Source: Antedon mediterranea
Taxonomy: Eukaryota > Animalia > Echinodermata
Assembly (NCBI RefSeq): GCF_964355755.1
Contig: NC_092672.1
Span: forward strand, 34,602,437-34,666,436
Length of the DNA: 64,000 bases
Direction of reading: 5' to 3'
Shown here: piece after piece, positions 1-10,817 of the stretch
How positions within the stretch are numbered: the first letter of the stretch is position 1
Layout of the letters: each line of letters begins with the position of its first letter
Made by a program: the position numbers and the translations under genes
Notes under the pieces: generated by a model
The model's database searches: none
Told to the model about the DNA's origin: nothing
What the model saw: the letters and a program-made list of their open reading frames with translations, nothing else

Positions 1-102
1 AAATTGAGGTCAAAGTGAATAACTTTTATGTGCAATTAAAATGGCCTATTCAACAAAAATATTGAAAAAAAATTTTTTTTCAGGGGGACAATACATCTTT
101 AA
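1..102. mobile_element. End of a TTAA-flanked (Kolobok-like) non-autonomous element
   Basis: GGGACAATACATCTTTAA is the reverse complement of TTAAAGATGTATTGTCCC at 5357; the internal GTGAATAACTTT / AAAGTTATTCAC is also shared. Confidence 0.55.
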
Positions 103-130
103 TAGAACAGGTTAATCTTATCATTATTAC

Positions 131-372
131 TTATATCCTCGGGTATAATCCCACTTCAGGTCTCATCCCACCCCCTACTTTATATCTGATTTCACAAACA
201 GGCATAACCCCAGGTATAGTCCCAGTATAGTCCTTTGGATCTGGATGTAGCCTTTACAGATGAGTTTTTATAAGAAATGCTTTCTTAATTTTTTTTCCTG
301 AACTAGGATTTCCTCTGTTATAGCCAATTTTGTGTTCTAGTGGGGTGGGATTGTACCAGAGGATAAACGGTA
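131..372. mobile_element. TA-flanked MITE (Tc1/mariner-like ends); second copy at ~17602-17890
   Basis: TATATCCTCGGGTATAATCCCAC ... GGGATTGTACCAGAGGATAAACGGTA inverted ends; the interior recurs nearly identically at ~17610-17890. Confidence 0.65.
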
Positions 373-491
373 TTATAAGGCAAGTTCATCGCTATGGTAA
401 TTATTTTAGTGAGAATACAACAAAATAAAACTTAAATCTTTTATTGAAAAATAAAATTATATTAATTTTTATAATAAAATTTTTTGAATAC

Positions 492-599
492 CTCAACTTC
501 ATTTAAGATGTGTTTTTCTGGGTCAAAGTTCTTCAGGTCAATGACCTCTTGATAGACACCTTGATCACGTATGGCAGCAGATAATAAATTTGAAAATTT
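492..599 (-). CDS. TYW1: TYW1 coding exon 4
   Basis: TTTTAG acceptor, GAG/GTATTC donor; 36 codons KFSNLL...DLKNFDPEKHILNEVE. Confidence 0.85.
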
Positions 600-3205
600 C
601 TAAAATAAATATAAAAACAAAAAAAGTTTTCTTTCAATATATGGAAACAATGAATGTAAAAAGAATGATTTATAAACATGTGAAATAAAGTGCTATGGTT
701 AGGGAAAGTTACAGGTTCGAATCCTGCCAGAATCTTTTCCTGGCAGTGTGGGTTATTTATATATGATTCAGGTTGCAGCAATAGATTTACCTTTGCTGTT
801 CCAGTTTGTGTACCATAAAATATCTTCACAAAACCACTTCCAGATTCTTTGTTTGTTGTATCTTCTTTCTCATCATGCTAAAATATTTTTTTTTAAATCA
901 TTAAATTTATTTTATTTATTTTCTAAATTGGGTTTCATAGTTACTGTAATGCACTTGTCAATTGTATGACCCACTATACGACCTCCGGGAGAGGTGCGTC
1001 ATGAGTGCGTCATTTACAAATAATTACTGACGCAGGGGTGCATCAAAAAACCGAGATGGTACGTCACATCAATGAACAAGGTGTGTCAATGTCCGTCACT
1101 TTACCACCCACCATATCATAAACAACATGGTCACAGTGCGTCAAAATGGGTGCGTCATGGTCACCTAAAGGTAAGTCACCTTTTTGACGCACGGGTGCGT
1201 CATGGTATTCAAAAGTATGACGCACATCGGACAAATGACGCACCTCTCCCGGGGGTCGTATCATGGGTCATACAATTGACAAGTGCATAATAACAAATTA
1301 CTATTTTTTATTTTCAAAAATTGAAGTAAAAGATATCAAGTTTCAAGTCAATCAAGTGTTAAGACAATTTGAACGATTTGCGCAAGGTACATTCTTGCGC
1401 ATAACAAAAGCATTTACCTGATTTAAAGTTGTTATTCTTACATTTCTTTTATTTCTCCAGCCAACAAACCACAATACTCCCACTAGTCCGATAATAAAGG
1501 CAAGTGCATGCCCACATGGCAATCCATCCCATACAGAACCAAACAAAACAAAATTCATTTCTGAAGATAGAGAAATTACCTAGTAATAATACCCAAAAAA
1601 GTAACAATTATAACAAAGTTTGCATTATATTTGAAGACAAAGATTTCACAGGGGTCCCTTGTAAAATTTCGGGAGAAAAACACACCAACAAGAGACACCT
1701 GTTTTAACTGACCAATCATAGTACAAATAGCGCTGTACTATACTTTCTTCTTAAGATTTCCCATACCGTAGTTATCATATGCGGGTATGAAAACATGTAA
1801 CAAATCAGGAGATAAAACCTGGTTACAACTTGTTATGCGCGATTTGAACGATTTGCGCAATTTGAAATTGCGCAAAAAAAATCCTTGCGCAATTTGAATT
1901 GAAACATGTGTTTCAAATTGCGCAAGCAACGTATTAAATTGCGCAAGTAATCTGCAAATTGCGCAAGGTTTTTCGACAGATTGTGAAATCATGCACACCC
2001 ATATTTTTATAGTAATTTCTAAGAATGATTCAAAATTAAAGATAAATATCGCATTTCCTTATTTTAGTAGTGCAAATATTGTTATAAGTTAGCATACCGT
2101 CGAAGAACCGACGAAGGAAAACGAAGCGGTGGTGTTCCACCAGGCGGGCGCGGCGCGGGCGGCCGGCTATACTACTCTAGCCTAGCTAGGGTCTGGACTA
2201 CTGATACTGACAAGGTTACATGGCCTAGCTTAAACTAATATTAAAAACTTAATTTTTACATTTATTTTGATTTATTTCAAGTTACAGTGATAATATTATT
2301 TAATTGTAATAATAAATGTTATGTATTTATTATACACATGTTATCTTCGCATTTATTATGTTTTATTTTGAGTTATTTAGTTTCCAATAAAAATTTACAG
2401 TTCGTTTTCAAATTGCGCAAAGGTGTCATATTGCGCAAGAACTATCTTGCGCAATTTACAAATTGTGCAGCGCAATTTAAAATTGCGCAAAGATTTTCTT
2501 GCGCAATTTGAAATTGCGCAAGTTGATTGCGCAAGTTGAAATTGCGCAAAAAAATCCTTGCGCAATTTGAAATTGCGCAAGAATTCTTTGCGCAATTTGA
2601 AATTGCGCAAGGATTTTTTTGCGCAATTTCAAATTGCGCAAATCGTTCAAATCGCGCATAACACAACTTGTTACAAGTATAAAGATATTATTTTTTTCCT
2701 TCCCATCATTCATTGCTCACAACACAAGCATTTTTGCGATATTTAAAATAAACATTATTATTCATATTAATTATTATTAAATAAAGACTAAAATAATAAG
2801 ACTAGGCCTAGACCGAATTGGTCTAGCCTAGCTAGGTCTACTCACTATTAAGGGCCTAGCTAGGCAAATCATCCCATGTCTAATAAGGGCTAGGCCTACC
2901 ATACTAGTAAGGCCTACACTAGGCCCCTAGGGCTAGGCTATACTATGCTATGCGAGTCTAGCCACTCTCTAGTTAAGCTAGCCTTTAGTTTAGGCCTAGG
3001 CCTAGTAGGCCTACTAGAGTAGGCCTAGCTAGCCAGACAGAGGTCTAGAAAATGTTTACGGAAAACCTATTCATCAATCTAAGTTAAAATAAAATCGTTG
3101 TATTTTCATTATAATACCTTCTGCATTTGCATATCCTACACTATCAAGTAAACCGATTAATATTGACAGCCAAACTGACCACCCCTCGACGACGGAGGCT
3201 GACAT
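492..3205 (-). CDS. TYW1: tRNA wybutosine-synthesizing protein 1 (TYW1), 5' part; exons 3205-3118, 1560-1418, 877-791, 599-492; continues beyond window start
   Basis: Spliced translation MSASVVEGWSVWLSILIGLLDSVGYANAE/EMNFVLFGSVWDGLPCGHALAFIIGLVGVLWFVGWRNKRNVRITTLNQ/HDEKEDTTNKESGSGFVKIFYGTQTGTAK/KFSNLLSAAIRDQGVYQEVIDLKNFDPEKHILNEVE. A TM anchor followed by the flavodoxin FMN-loop VKIFYGxQTGTAK and DLKxxDP matches TYW1 as I recall it. All junctions are GT/AG and phases are consistent. Confidence 0.85.
791..877 (-). CDS. TYW1: TYW1 coding exon 3 (start of flavodoxin domain)
   Basis: TTTTAG acceptor, AAG/GTAAAT donor; encodes FVKIFYGTQTGTAK. Confidence 0.9.
950..1287. mobile_element. MITE with ~50-bp TIRs and TAA target duplication (PIF/Harbinger-like)
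   Basis: TGCACTTGTCAATTGTATGACCCA...GAGAGGTGCGTCA pairs with TGACGCACCTCTC...TGGGTCATACAATTGACAAGTGCA; TAA at 947-949 and 1288-1290. Confidence 0.85.
1418..1560 (-). CDS. TYW1: TYW1 coding exon 2 (hydrophobic membrane anchor)
   Basis: TTCAG acceptor, CAG/GTAAAT donor; encodes ALAFIIGLVGVLWFVGW followed by basic residues. Confidence 0.8.
1831..2663. mobile_element. Non-autonomous TGT...ACA DNA element with long TIRs built of AAATTGCGCAA repeats (Ginger-like termini)
   Basis: TGTTATGCGCGATTTGAACGATTTGCGCAATTTGAAATTGCGCAAAAAAA at the left, reverse complement at the right; CAACT duplicated at 1826-1830 and 2664-2668. The uninterrupted host sequence is seen at ~15130-15190. Confidence 0.8.
3118..3205 (-). 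CDS. TYW1: TYW1 coding exon 1 (predicted)
   Basis: AAAATGTCAGCC start context, open 29 codons + 1 nt, donor AAG/GTATTA, phase 1 joins the next exon in frame. An in-frame ATG at 1558 is an alternative start. Confidence 0.65.
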
Positions 3206-3528
3206 TTTGTTACAATGGCTGGTGGGAAATTAATAAGAATTTAGCTGAACATTTGTTTTATTTTCATGCGGATCTAGGGCCTAGATTTCAAGAATTTTTA
3301 TAAAATAATTTTGTATTTGATTTATATTTTTATTATCTTTATAAATTAGTTTAAGTAGCATATAAATATTGGTTCTTATCTTTTATAAGTTAAAACTTGT
3401 TCAATTGTTTATTTCACCTTTAACCTTACATGTGTTGTGTGGCCTAATCTGATTCGCGACCGACCGGTGGATTTCTCGACGTAAACACTCACTGTTATCT
3501 TGTTAATTTTGTTTATTATATTTGTAAG
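3206..3528. promoter_or_regulatory. Bidirectional promoter region shared by TYW1 and malectin
   Basis: Divergent start codons are only ~320 bp apart, with CpG-containing patches near both ends (e.g. TTCGCGACCGACCGG at ~3453). Confidence 0.6.
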
Positions 3529-3873
3529 ATGGGTCATAATATGCAAATAATGTTTTGCATATTGTTGCAATGTTTATTATTATGTCAGGTTTTAGCTATA
3601 GGAAAGGTAATATTTGCAGTAAATTCTGGAGGCCAGGCTCACACAGATGAGAATGGTATTCGATACAACGAAGACACGCTCTCAACCGGTATAGTGTCGG
3701 ACTACGGTAGAAATATGCAGATAAGTCGAGTGAGGCCTGAAGATATGATTTTGTATCAAACAGAGCGATACCACGATGAAACATTTGGCTATGATATTCC
3801 TCTAAAAGAGGATGGCCGTTATGTTCTTATTTTAAAGTTTTGTGAAGTTTATTTTGCAGCATCAATGCAAAAG
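3529..3873 (+). CDS. MLEC: Malectin exon 1
   Basis: ATG at 3529 (or 3541), donor AAG/GTAAAT. Confidence 0.9.
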
Positions 3874-6800
3874 GTAAATAATACAAAAATAATAATAATA
3901 AATATTAATTTATATATAAAAATTATACTAGGCCTATTTTACTACTACTCTACTGTATATAAAAGTAAGTATACCTTTTTATTAATATTACTTAGCAGCT
4001 CTTTAAAGGTGATTTTCCACTAGGCGAATTTGTTTGCGCGAATCGAAGGCGTTAGCTTATACGCATGCATAGAGAAGGATTTGGAAGATGGAAACATGAA
4101 TACGCATGCGTACAAGCTGGCGCTTTCGATTCGCATGAACAAATTCGTCTAGTGGAAAATCGGTTTCATGTAGGCCTATGTGAGTCCTCTTTCTCCCAAT
4201 ACAATATTATAGGCATCTTACAGTATCAAATTGTATTACAGTATAAAAGTAAATAGAAGTATGGTAACATATTTTAATCTTTGTTTTATTATTATTGATT
4301 AATAACAATTGTATTATTTTCTTTTATGTTTTAACACAGCTACAGTTAAAAAAATATATTGTAACAAAATAATTTAAAGTTCATTTATTTGCAATACAAT
4401 TATATTCTAGTAATTTACAATCATGCTGTAAAATTAAAATATAAAATTAAATATGCCATCTTAATGTAGACAATATTAATTATCAATTTACTTCCCTGTT
4501 AAATCACTCAATCATTGCAATAACACTCCCTGTCGACTGTTGATTCATAGTACATTTCATCCATATGTTTTATGTTATATATCAATTAATCTATTTAAGT
4601 TATAACATGATATTACTTTTCAGAAAAAAACTTAAATTAACTTGTTTGTGTCTTAGAAAACAAACAATATGAAAATGGGATTTTTAAAACATTTTTAAAT
4701 AGTTAATTTTAATATTTCAAATGAGAATTAATTTATTCAAATACATTTCTGTTTATTTTCAATTTGTTCAAACATTTGCAATCTTTTGATAACCTGAATA
4801 GGTTGACAGCTTTATAATTTAATCTCTTGTTGTTCAATTGTTCAAATAAAATAATAAATAGATTCAATAATTAACTAGGATAGTAAACTGAACTGTAATA
4901 CAGTTGATCTAATTAGTTAATTAATATTTCAGCTGCAGATAATGTTACACAAATTACAGTAGAAATTAGCTTTGTTTTCGATGATGAATTTGTTCTAAAG
5001 CTCTGTATCAATAATATCAAACTAGTTTGACAAAAAGTGTGATGTGCCCAAATATGGTAGTGATGTGCCCAAATATGGTAGTGATGTGCCCAAATATGGT
5101 AGTGATGTGCCCAAATATGGTAGTGATGTGCCCAAATATGGTAGTGATATGCCCAAATATGCATTGTTTTGTAACATAAAGTTTGATAGTGTAGACAGCG
5201 CTTTAGAATGAACAGATTAATTAGAATTTTAAGACTGGTATAATTAACAAACAATACCAGTATATTTACAGATCTTGTTAAATATCAATATAGCTTACGG
5301 CCAAGATATTGAACTCATAATGTCAACTTATTATTTATTAACAACAGTATGATTGTTAAAGATGTATTGTCCCTTGAAACACAAAAAAATGAAGGTCAAA
5401 ATATACTAAATTTTAATTGGCCACATCAAAGTACAGTAATATTAAAGTTATTCACTTGAAGTCGAAAATTCAAGCCAAAAACAACAATTTTACGTAATTA
5501 ACAGCTAAATTTATTTGATTACATTTCGTCTGGAAAATAGTCGCGAGCGAAAGTAAACAAAGATTTCAAACCATGAGTATACATTAGGCATGATGCTAAT
5601 TAGGATTGTTTACAACTTGTAACAGTTAAGAAGGTGTTTTCACACAGATCGCGAGGAAGTTTTATGATTATGCATACAGAGTAGCCAAACAAGCGCATTG
5701 CATTATGAGATATGTTTTGATCAAAAACTTTGACTGGAAGTCAAAGTTATTTTTTGAACCAAAACATTTTTTTTCGACTAATTTTTGGTGAAAGTTAATA
5801 ACTATTATGATAGTTCAAAATTACCCACTTTTTTTCGAAATAGGTTTTTGATTGGCTTAATTGTTTTTTTATTTTTCAACAGGTGTTTAACGTTCGAATG
5901 AATGGACAACATAATATTGTGACAGATCTAGATATTTACAACAAGGTTGGCAGAGGTACTGCACACGATGAAATCATTCCATTCTCAGTAAGCAAGGGTA
6001 AATTAACAGTGAAGGGGGAAGCTTCAACGATTGGAAGCTCACTTTCAGTCGAATTTGTTAAGGTATGTAGTCTATTCGTGCCTAGCTTATCTGAATAAAC
6101 CGACAAAGGCCTTTCACCTCCAAAGGAGAACATAACTCGAAAAATAATAAATCCACATTTCCAAGACTGTGGTAATGTCAAGTACGCCTATCCATACCTC
6201 ATCATTCAATTTTGAGAAGTCAAGAGGAAAATGTCGGTTTGTCCTTGTAAGCGGTAACTACTACAAACATCAGTTTTGGTTTGTGTAATTAAATTTATAT
6301 TTAAAATGTGTATAATTTTTATTGTTGGACTTTTGCTATATTTTGTAGTTTACTGTAGAGGAAAGCAGTGAGCTACTGTATCACTAATCTAGGCTTCTCT
6401 CTTTAAAGAAGAACCTAAAACCCTAACAATACAACAGTATACATTGTTATAATTGATTGTTATGTCGTGAGGTAATTTCCCGATTGATCGTAATTAAAAC
6501 GGTACTGGGTATGGTCTACTAGTTTTTCTGCTCCCAACCAGTACATCCATTCATAGAAGCCTTGATGAAGTAAGCCTACCTGGTGGTGGCCATAGAACGG
6601 TCCCGAGATAACGACTATACTTCGGCTTTAGTCGATAGAAGATTGAGAAAATTGTTAGATATAGAGTATACGATGTTTGATTAGTGTAAATGTGTGATTT
6701 GTTCTTTTATTAAAATGATGTTCTGCCTAAGGAAACGGAGATAGTAGTTGGGTATAATGATTTTTTATATCAATTAATTAAATTATCGTAGATTGTATAT

Positions 6801-8623
6801 TATGCGATAAATATTTTTTAAATATTTGATATATTATTATTATTATTATTATATTAATAAAAAGATATTTGTTAGTATAAATTTAAAAAATATAGATATA
6901 AGGAAGAAAAGCAAAGAGAGTATGTTGTCTTGTAGTGTTGTGGTGTTGTAGTCTTTGTTGCACGTTTAAACATAACAATAGTAATAACATTTCACAGTAT
7001 CAATAATCAACATTACTTGGTTTCATATTGTTTTTGTTTCTTTCCATAAAAGTATTTAGTTCATTTAATTGTTTGACTTTCGATTTGATTTGTTGAATCC
7101 TCGATACATAAACAAAATTATGCAGATTATAAGATTAAAACACTGTAAGGCCTATATATTTTAAAAATAAAACATAATATTATTTTAGTTAATTTTCTTC
7201 TCAATGGTTTTTTTTCAGAATTAAACTGTACCTTGCACCCTCTTACACCATCGCCACAGTGTACTTTAGTACACACTAACATTCAATTTGTCCACAGAAG
7301 AGTTACTAATTCCATGATTTTTTTCAATGGAAAGAATGTGTTCATTGAAGTGTGTAATCCTTCTATAGACTCTTCGTTTCAGGTTCTCTATTCTTCAAAT
7401 TAATTGATTGAAATGTCATTATCATTTTAATTATCCCATTTTAGGATAAATACTTTGACTCTTGAATGTAAAGCTTTGTCTACACTATCAAACTTTAAGT
7501 GACAAAAAAATGTGGTGGGACCACCGTATATGGACACGATGATGTCACTACCATATTTAGGCATATGACCACCATATTTGGGCACATCACACCTTTTTTG
7601 TCAAACTTGTTTGATTCTGTAGACAGAGCTTTACTTCTTTGTCTGCATTCTCTTATTGTCTGGTTTATTGGCAATTTATGGAGGATTTTCTCCATTGCTT
7701 TGTATTGATAACTAATTATATTAAACAGCTATTTTGACCATTTTTTTTTTTACAAATTACAATGTATTTTTTCCTTTTAGGGCATCTATGATAACCCTAA
7801 AATTAATGCAATCGTCGTAATGAAAGGAACGGAGGATGGTGAGTATTAAAGTACAAATAATGACATGAAATAATCAAATCATGTGACCGGGCAGTTATAG
7901 AGAGATATGAGAGTTACTTAGTGATCATGTGACTACCATAATGCATTAATAAAGACCTCATTGCACATTTGTATTGTGTTATTGCTAAAAGAAAAACAGA
8001 TAAATCTAAAGAATTATATGCCAAAACCGTTCAAGCATATATTGTAAGAAATAATAAACTATCACGAGACAATGACATGAACCATTACAGCCAATTCTCT
8101 GTACTTTACATAAATGTATCCAGGCAAATTCTGTGATACACCATCTCATGTGTTTTCACATGTGATACTGTATCATAGATGCTAACCTTCTATTATGCAG
8201 GCGTTGCATGTGACACCTGTATCATAGATACTTCAATGATACAGGCGGAACATGTGTGCAGTATTATGGCATTTGCCTATGATACCTAGACAAATATTGT
8301 CATATGTGGAGATACAGCACTGAAAATTGGTTGACCATTAACAAAATTAAACTTTGTTGCAATACCTTTGTTTTTCAGATGTGCCCAAGCTGCCCCCCAT
8401 ACCAGGAAAAGAAGACAATTTAGACTCATTTGACGACGATGAGGATGAAGATGATGATGAAAGAACAGAAGAAAGAAAACAAAATATTAAAATTCCTTCA
8501 AACATACCCTCAGGTCCAAAAACAGTAGATCCTTATTCATCAAACGAAAGTAGTCTTCTTTTTCCCATTTTAATTGCAATTGGTCTTTTCATTCCTTCGT
8601 TGTTTTGTCTGTGTCGACTTTGA
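3529..8623 (+). CDS. MLEC: Malectin, ER type I membrane lectin, 275 aa; exons 3529-3873, 5883-6062, 7781-7838, 8379-8623
   Basis: Signal peptide; malectin domain (VIFAVNSGG...GIRY...LYQTERYH...FGYDIP...LKFCEVYF...KVFNV...DLDIYNKVG...AHDEIIPF...[16 protein letters not shown]); acidic linker; SGPKTVDPY; C-terminal TM ending LFCLCRL. GT/AG junctions, 828 nt including stop. Confidence 0.95.
4007..4165. mobile_element. MITE family C (GATTTTCCACTAGGCGAATTT TIR); other copies ~24230-24330, ~41581, 48779-48940
   Basis: GATTTTCCACTAGGCGAATTTGTT pairs with AACAAATTCGTCTAGTGGAAAATC; the interior is shared with 48779-48940. Confidence 0.75.
4999..5202. mobile_element. MITE family A copy with the internal 21-bp unit expanded about 6x
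   Basis: Family A ends flanking (GTGATGTGCCCAAATATGGTA)n. Confidence 0.8.
5357..5850. mobile_element. Same TTAA-flanked family, one intact end, in malectin intron 1
   Basis: Starts TTAAAGATGTATTGTCCC, matching 1-102 in reverse; right boundary approximate. Confidence 0.5.
5883..6062 (+). CDS. MLEC: Malectin exon 2
   Basis: CAACAG acceptor, AAG/GTATGT donor; VFNVRMNG...VEFVK. Confidence 0.93.
7781..7838 (+). CDS. MLEC: Malectin exon 3
   Basis: TTTTAG acceptor, G/GTGAGT donor; [19 protein letters not shown]. Confidence 0.93.
8379..8623 (+). CDS. MLEC: Malectin exon 4 (acidic linker, TM, stop)
   Basis: TTTTTCAG acceptor; VPKLPP...[24 protein letters not shown]. Confidence 0.93.
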
Positions 8624-10817
8624 GACCAGATTTATGTAAGTGTTCGTCTTTATATTTGTTGTATTTGATAAAAACCAAAATTTTAAATACTGTATGTGAC
8701 TCCTTTAAGCGGAGGAAATTCATTGAAACTTGGAAATATCATTTGTTGGTTTTTTTTTTTTAATTAGATCTCCCACCTTGAAATCATACTCATATCAATA
8801 TTCATATATTTTTTCGTACAGTGCAACGGAAAATGTATGCAAATTAACCATTTTTATATTTTGTTTGTTTTATTTCGTTTATTTAATATAAACTAACATC
8901 CTCATTAAAAACACAATTTTTGGGGTAAATTTTTTTTTATTAGAGGAAAATTCCGGAGGGAAAATTAATTTTAATTATTAAACAATTATTGTATTAAGAT
9001 TTGTTTTTATAAAACAGCTTTAATTATTTAATTAAAATGTCTAAAAGACTAAGGTATTTCAAAAACATAAACAGAATTCCTACTGAGCAGCTGCGTGATA
9101 GGCCTAAACATCAAATTCTAAAAGTGTGATGCGTCTAATTTATGGAATACGAGTCATGCAAAGTCACTAGTATAAAGATTATGATGACGATAACAGTGTT
9201 TTTATTTGTTTGGGTCATATTAATACTATCCCTGGATTTATGCATACATTTTTTGTTTTGTTTAAATAACAGCTACAATTTCAGGGTAATTTACATTTTC
9301 CCTAGAAGAGTCATGGCCGTAGCCAGTATGAGGCAGTTGTGGTACTCGCCTCATCTGAAATTTTCACTACCCACTTCAATTCCCCAGCAGAGATTGTTAT
9401 ATTTTATATTAATAATTATATTTAAAGCATCTTTGGCTCATGTGTTTAACCTTTGCTACGGCCTTAAGATAAACAAAATATTTCCATGTTTCAGGGAAAA
9501 ATATTTAAGGTCAAATAAATGACCAGCATGATACTTCTTGGTAGCTAAAAAACTGGTGAAATTTTAACAATAAGGTTTTGGTATTTCTGGTAAATTTGAC
9601 TGCTACAGTCAAGTATATACAGTAGAACGCTATTAAGGGGACAATTTGGGACAAAACGTTCTAACTTTGGAGTAATTTAACATTGCTTTTGTAGCAAATT
9701 CCAATTCTTACCTTAGGTTTAAATGGTTTATTCCGGTTTACTAATCACTTTTTTTAAGATTTAAATATTTATTTTAAGTAAAATTCTTTAAATATTATTA
9801 ACATTATTTGTAGCAGAATTGTTTTTGGCTTAACTTAACATTACCACTGCCTCACACTTTCAATTGCCTTTGATTTATGTGAAAATGTGTGTTTTGGTGT
9901 CTCATTTGTTTTGTACTGTATTATAAGATTGTGAAGCTTTACTGCTCATCTCGGGGTATTTACATTGAACATGTACTTAAGTTAGGTAAAGACGTCTTTC
10001 ATCTACATTTATGATCGGTGTATCATTTTTTTAAATATTTGTTTTCCAATTACCGTATATAAACATAGTATAAGCCCATACTGGAATATAATTCCCACTC
10101 CCTAATTTTCACTAAATTTCATCATAGAAATATTATAATATCCCTATATCATACAGAAGCTTCATGGGACTAAACTTATTATTATTATACACAGTAACTA
10201 AAATGTGTACAGTACCTGTTTAATATAAACACTGCTAGGCTTGGCTAAATGCTGTCCTAAATAAGTTCTAAATAAGGCTTAATTAGTAGTACTATTATTT
10301 ATATAAAAAACTGTGTTTTCCCACCCCATAATTTTCATACACAATCTCTATGGGAATATTACTTGGTCATACACAGTAATTAAAATGTGTAACTGTTAAA
10401 TATAAACACTGCTTGGCTAACTGCTAGCCTATAGAAGTTCAAAATAAGGCTTAATTATTAGGGGAAGGAAAAAAGCAAAAATACTATCATTTTTAATTAA
10501 TAATAAACAATAACAAGGGCAACCTAGAATATATTATTAAGATCATTTGCTTCTTTTAAATGCCCATAAATTATTTTTTTAAACATTGTTGTTTATTTAT
10601 GTACACCACCCAGTCAATGGTAATGCAATATTTTTTAGTATTAGTAGCTGTGTTATCAATATAACAATAAGTTTGAGCGGAGACAATGTTGTCTCGGGTT
10701 TAAACAAACACTCACTGCAAAGTTATACCAAGTATGGTGGTTGTTAAAAGTACTTTTAATAAATAATTTGAAAAAAGAAATAGTCTTTTCTCCTTATGTT
10801 GTATACAAGAATACTGT

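Noticed and set aside
690-730. tRNA gene (GGTTCGAATCC B-box)
   Set aside because: Only a T-arm-like piece and a weak A-box; no cloverleaf. At most a SINE or tRNA remnant in a TYW1 intron.
533-829. ORF as a standalone flavodoxin, or as cytochrome P450 reductase/NDOR1/MTRR
   Set aside because: Only the first 13 codons are exonic; the neighbouring exons fit TYW1 best.
2287-2746. Overlapping repetitive ORFs (LRNFKLRK, AQFQIAQ)
   Set aside because: Translations of TIR repeats.
4913-5254. ORF with HIWAHHY repeats and similar short ORFs at other MITE-A/B copies
   Set aside because: Derived from MITE internal repeats.
9142-9522. 126-aa hydrophobic ORF
   Set aside because: Lies in the T-rich region 3' of the malectin stop; composition-driven.
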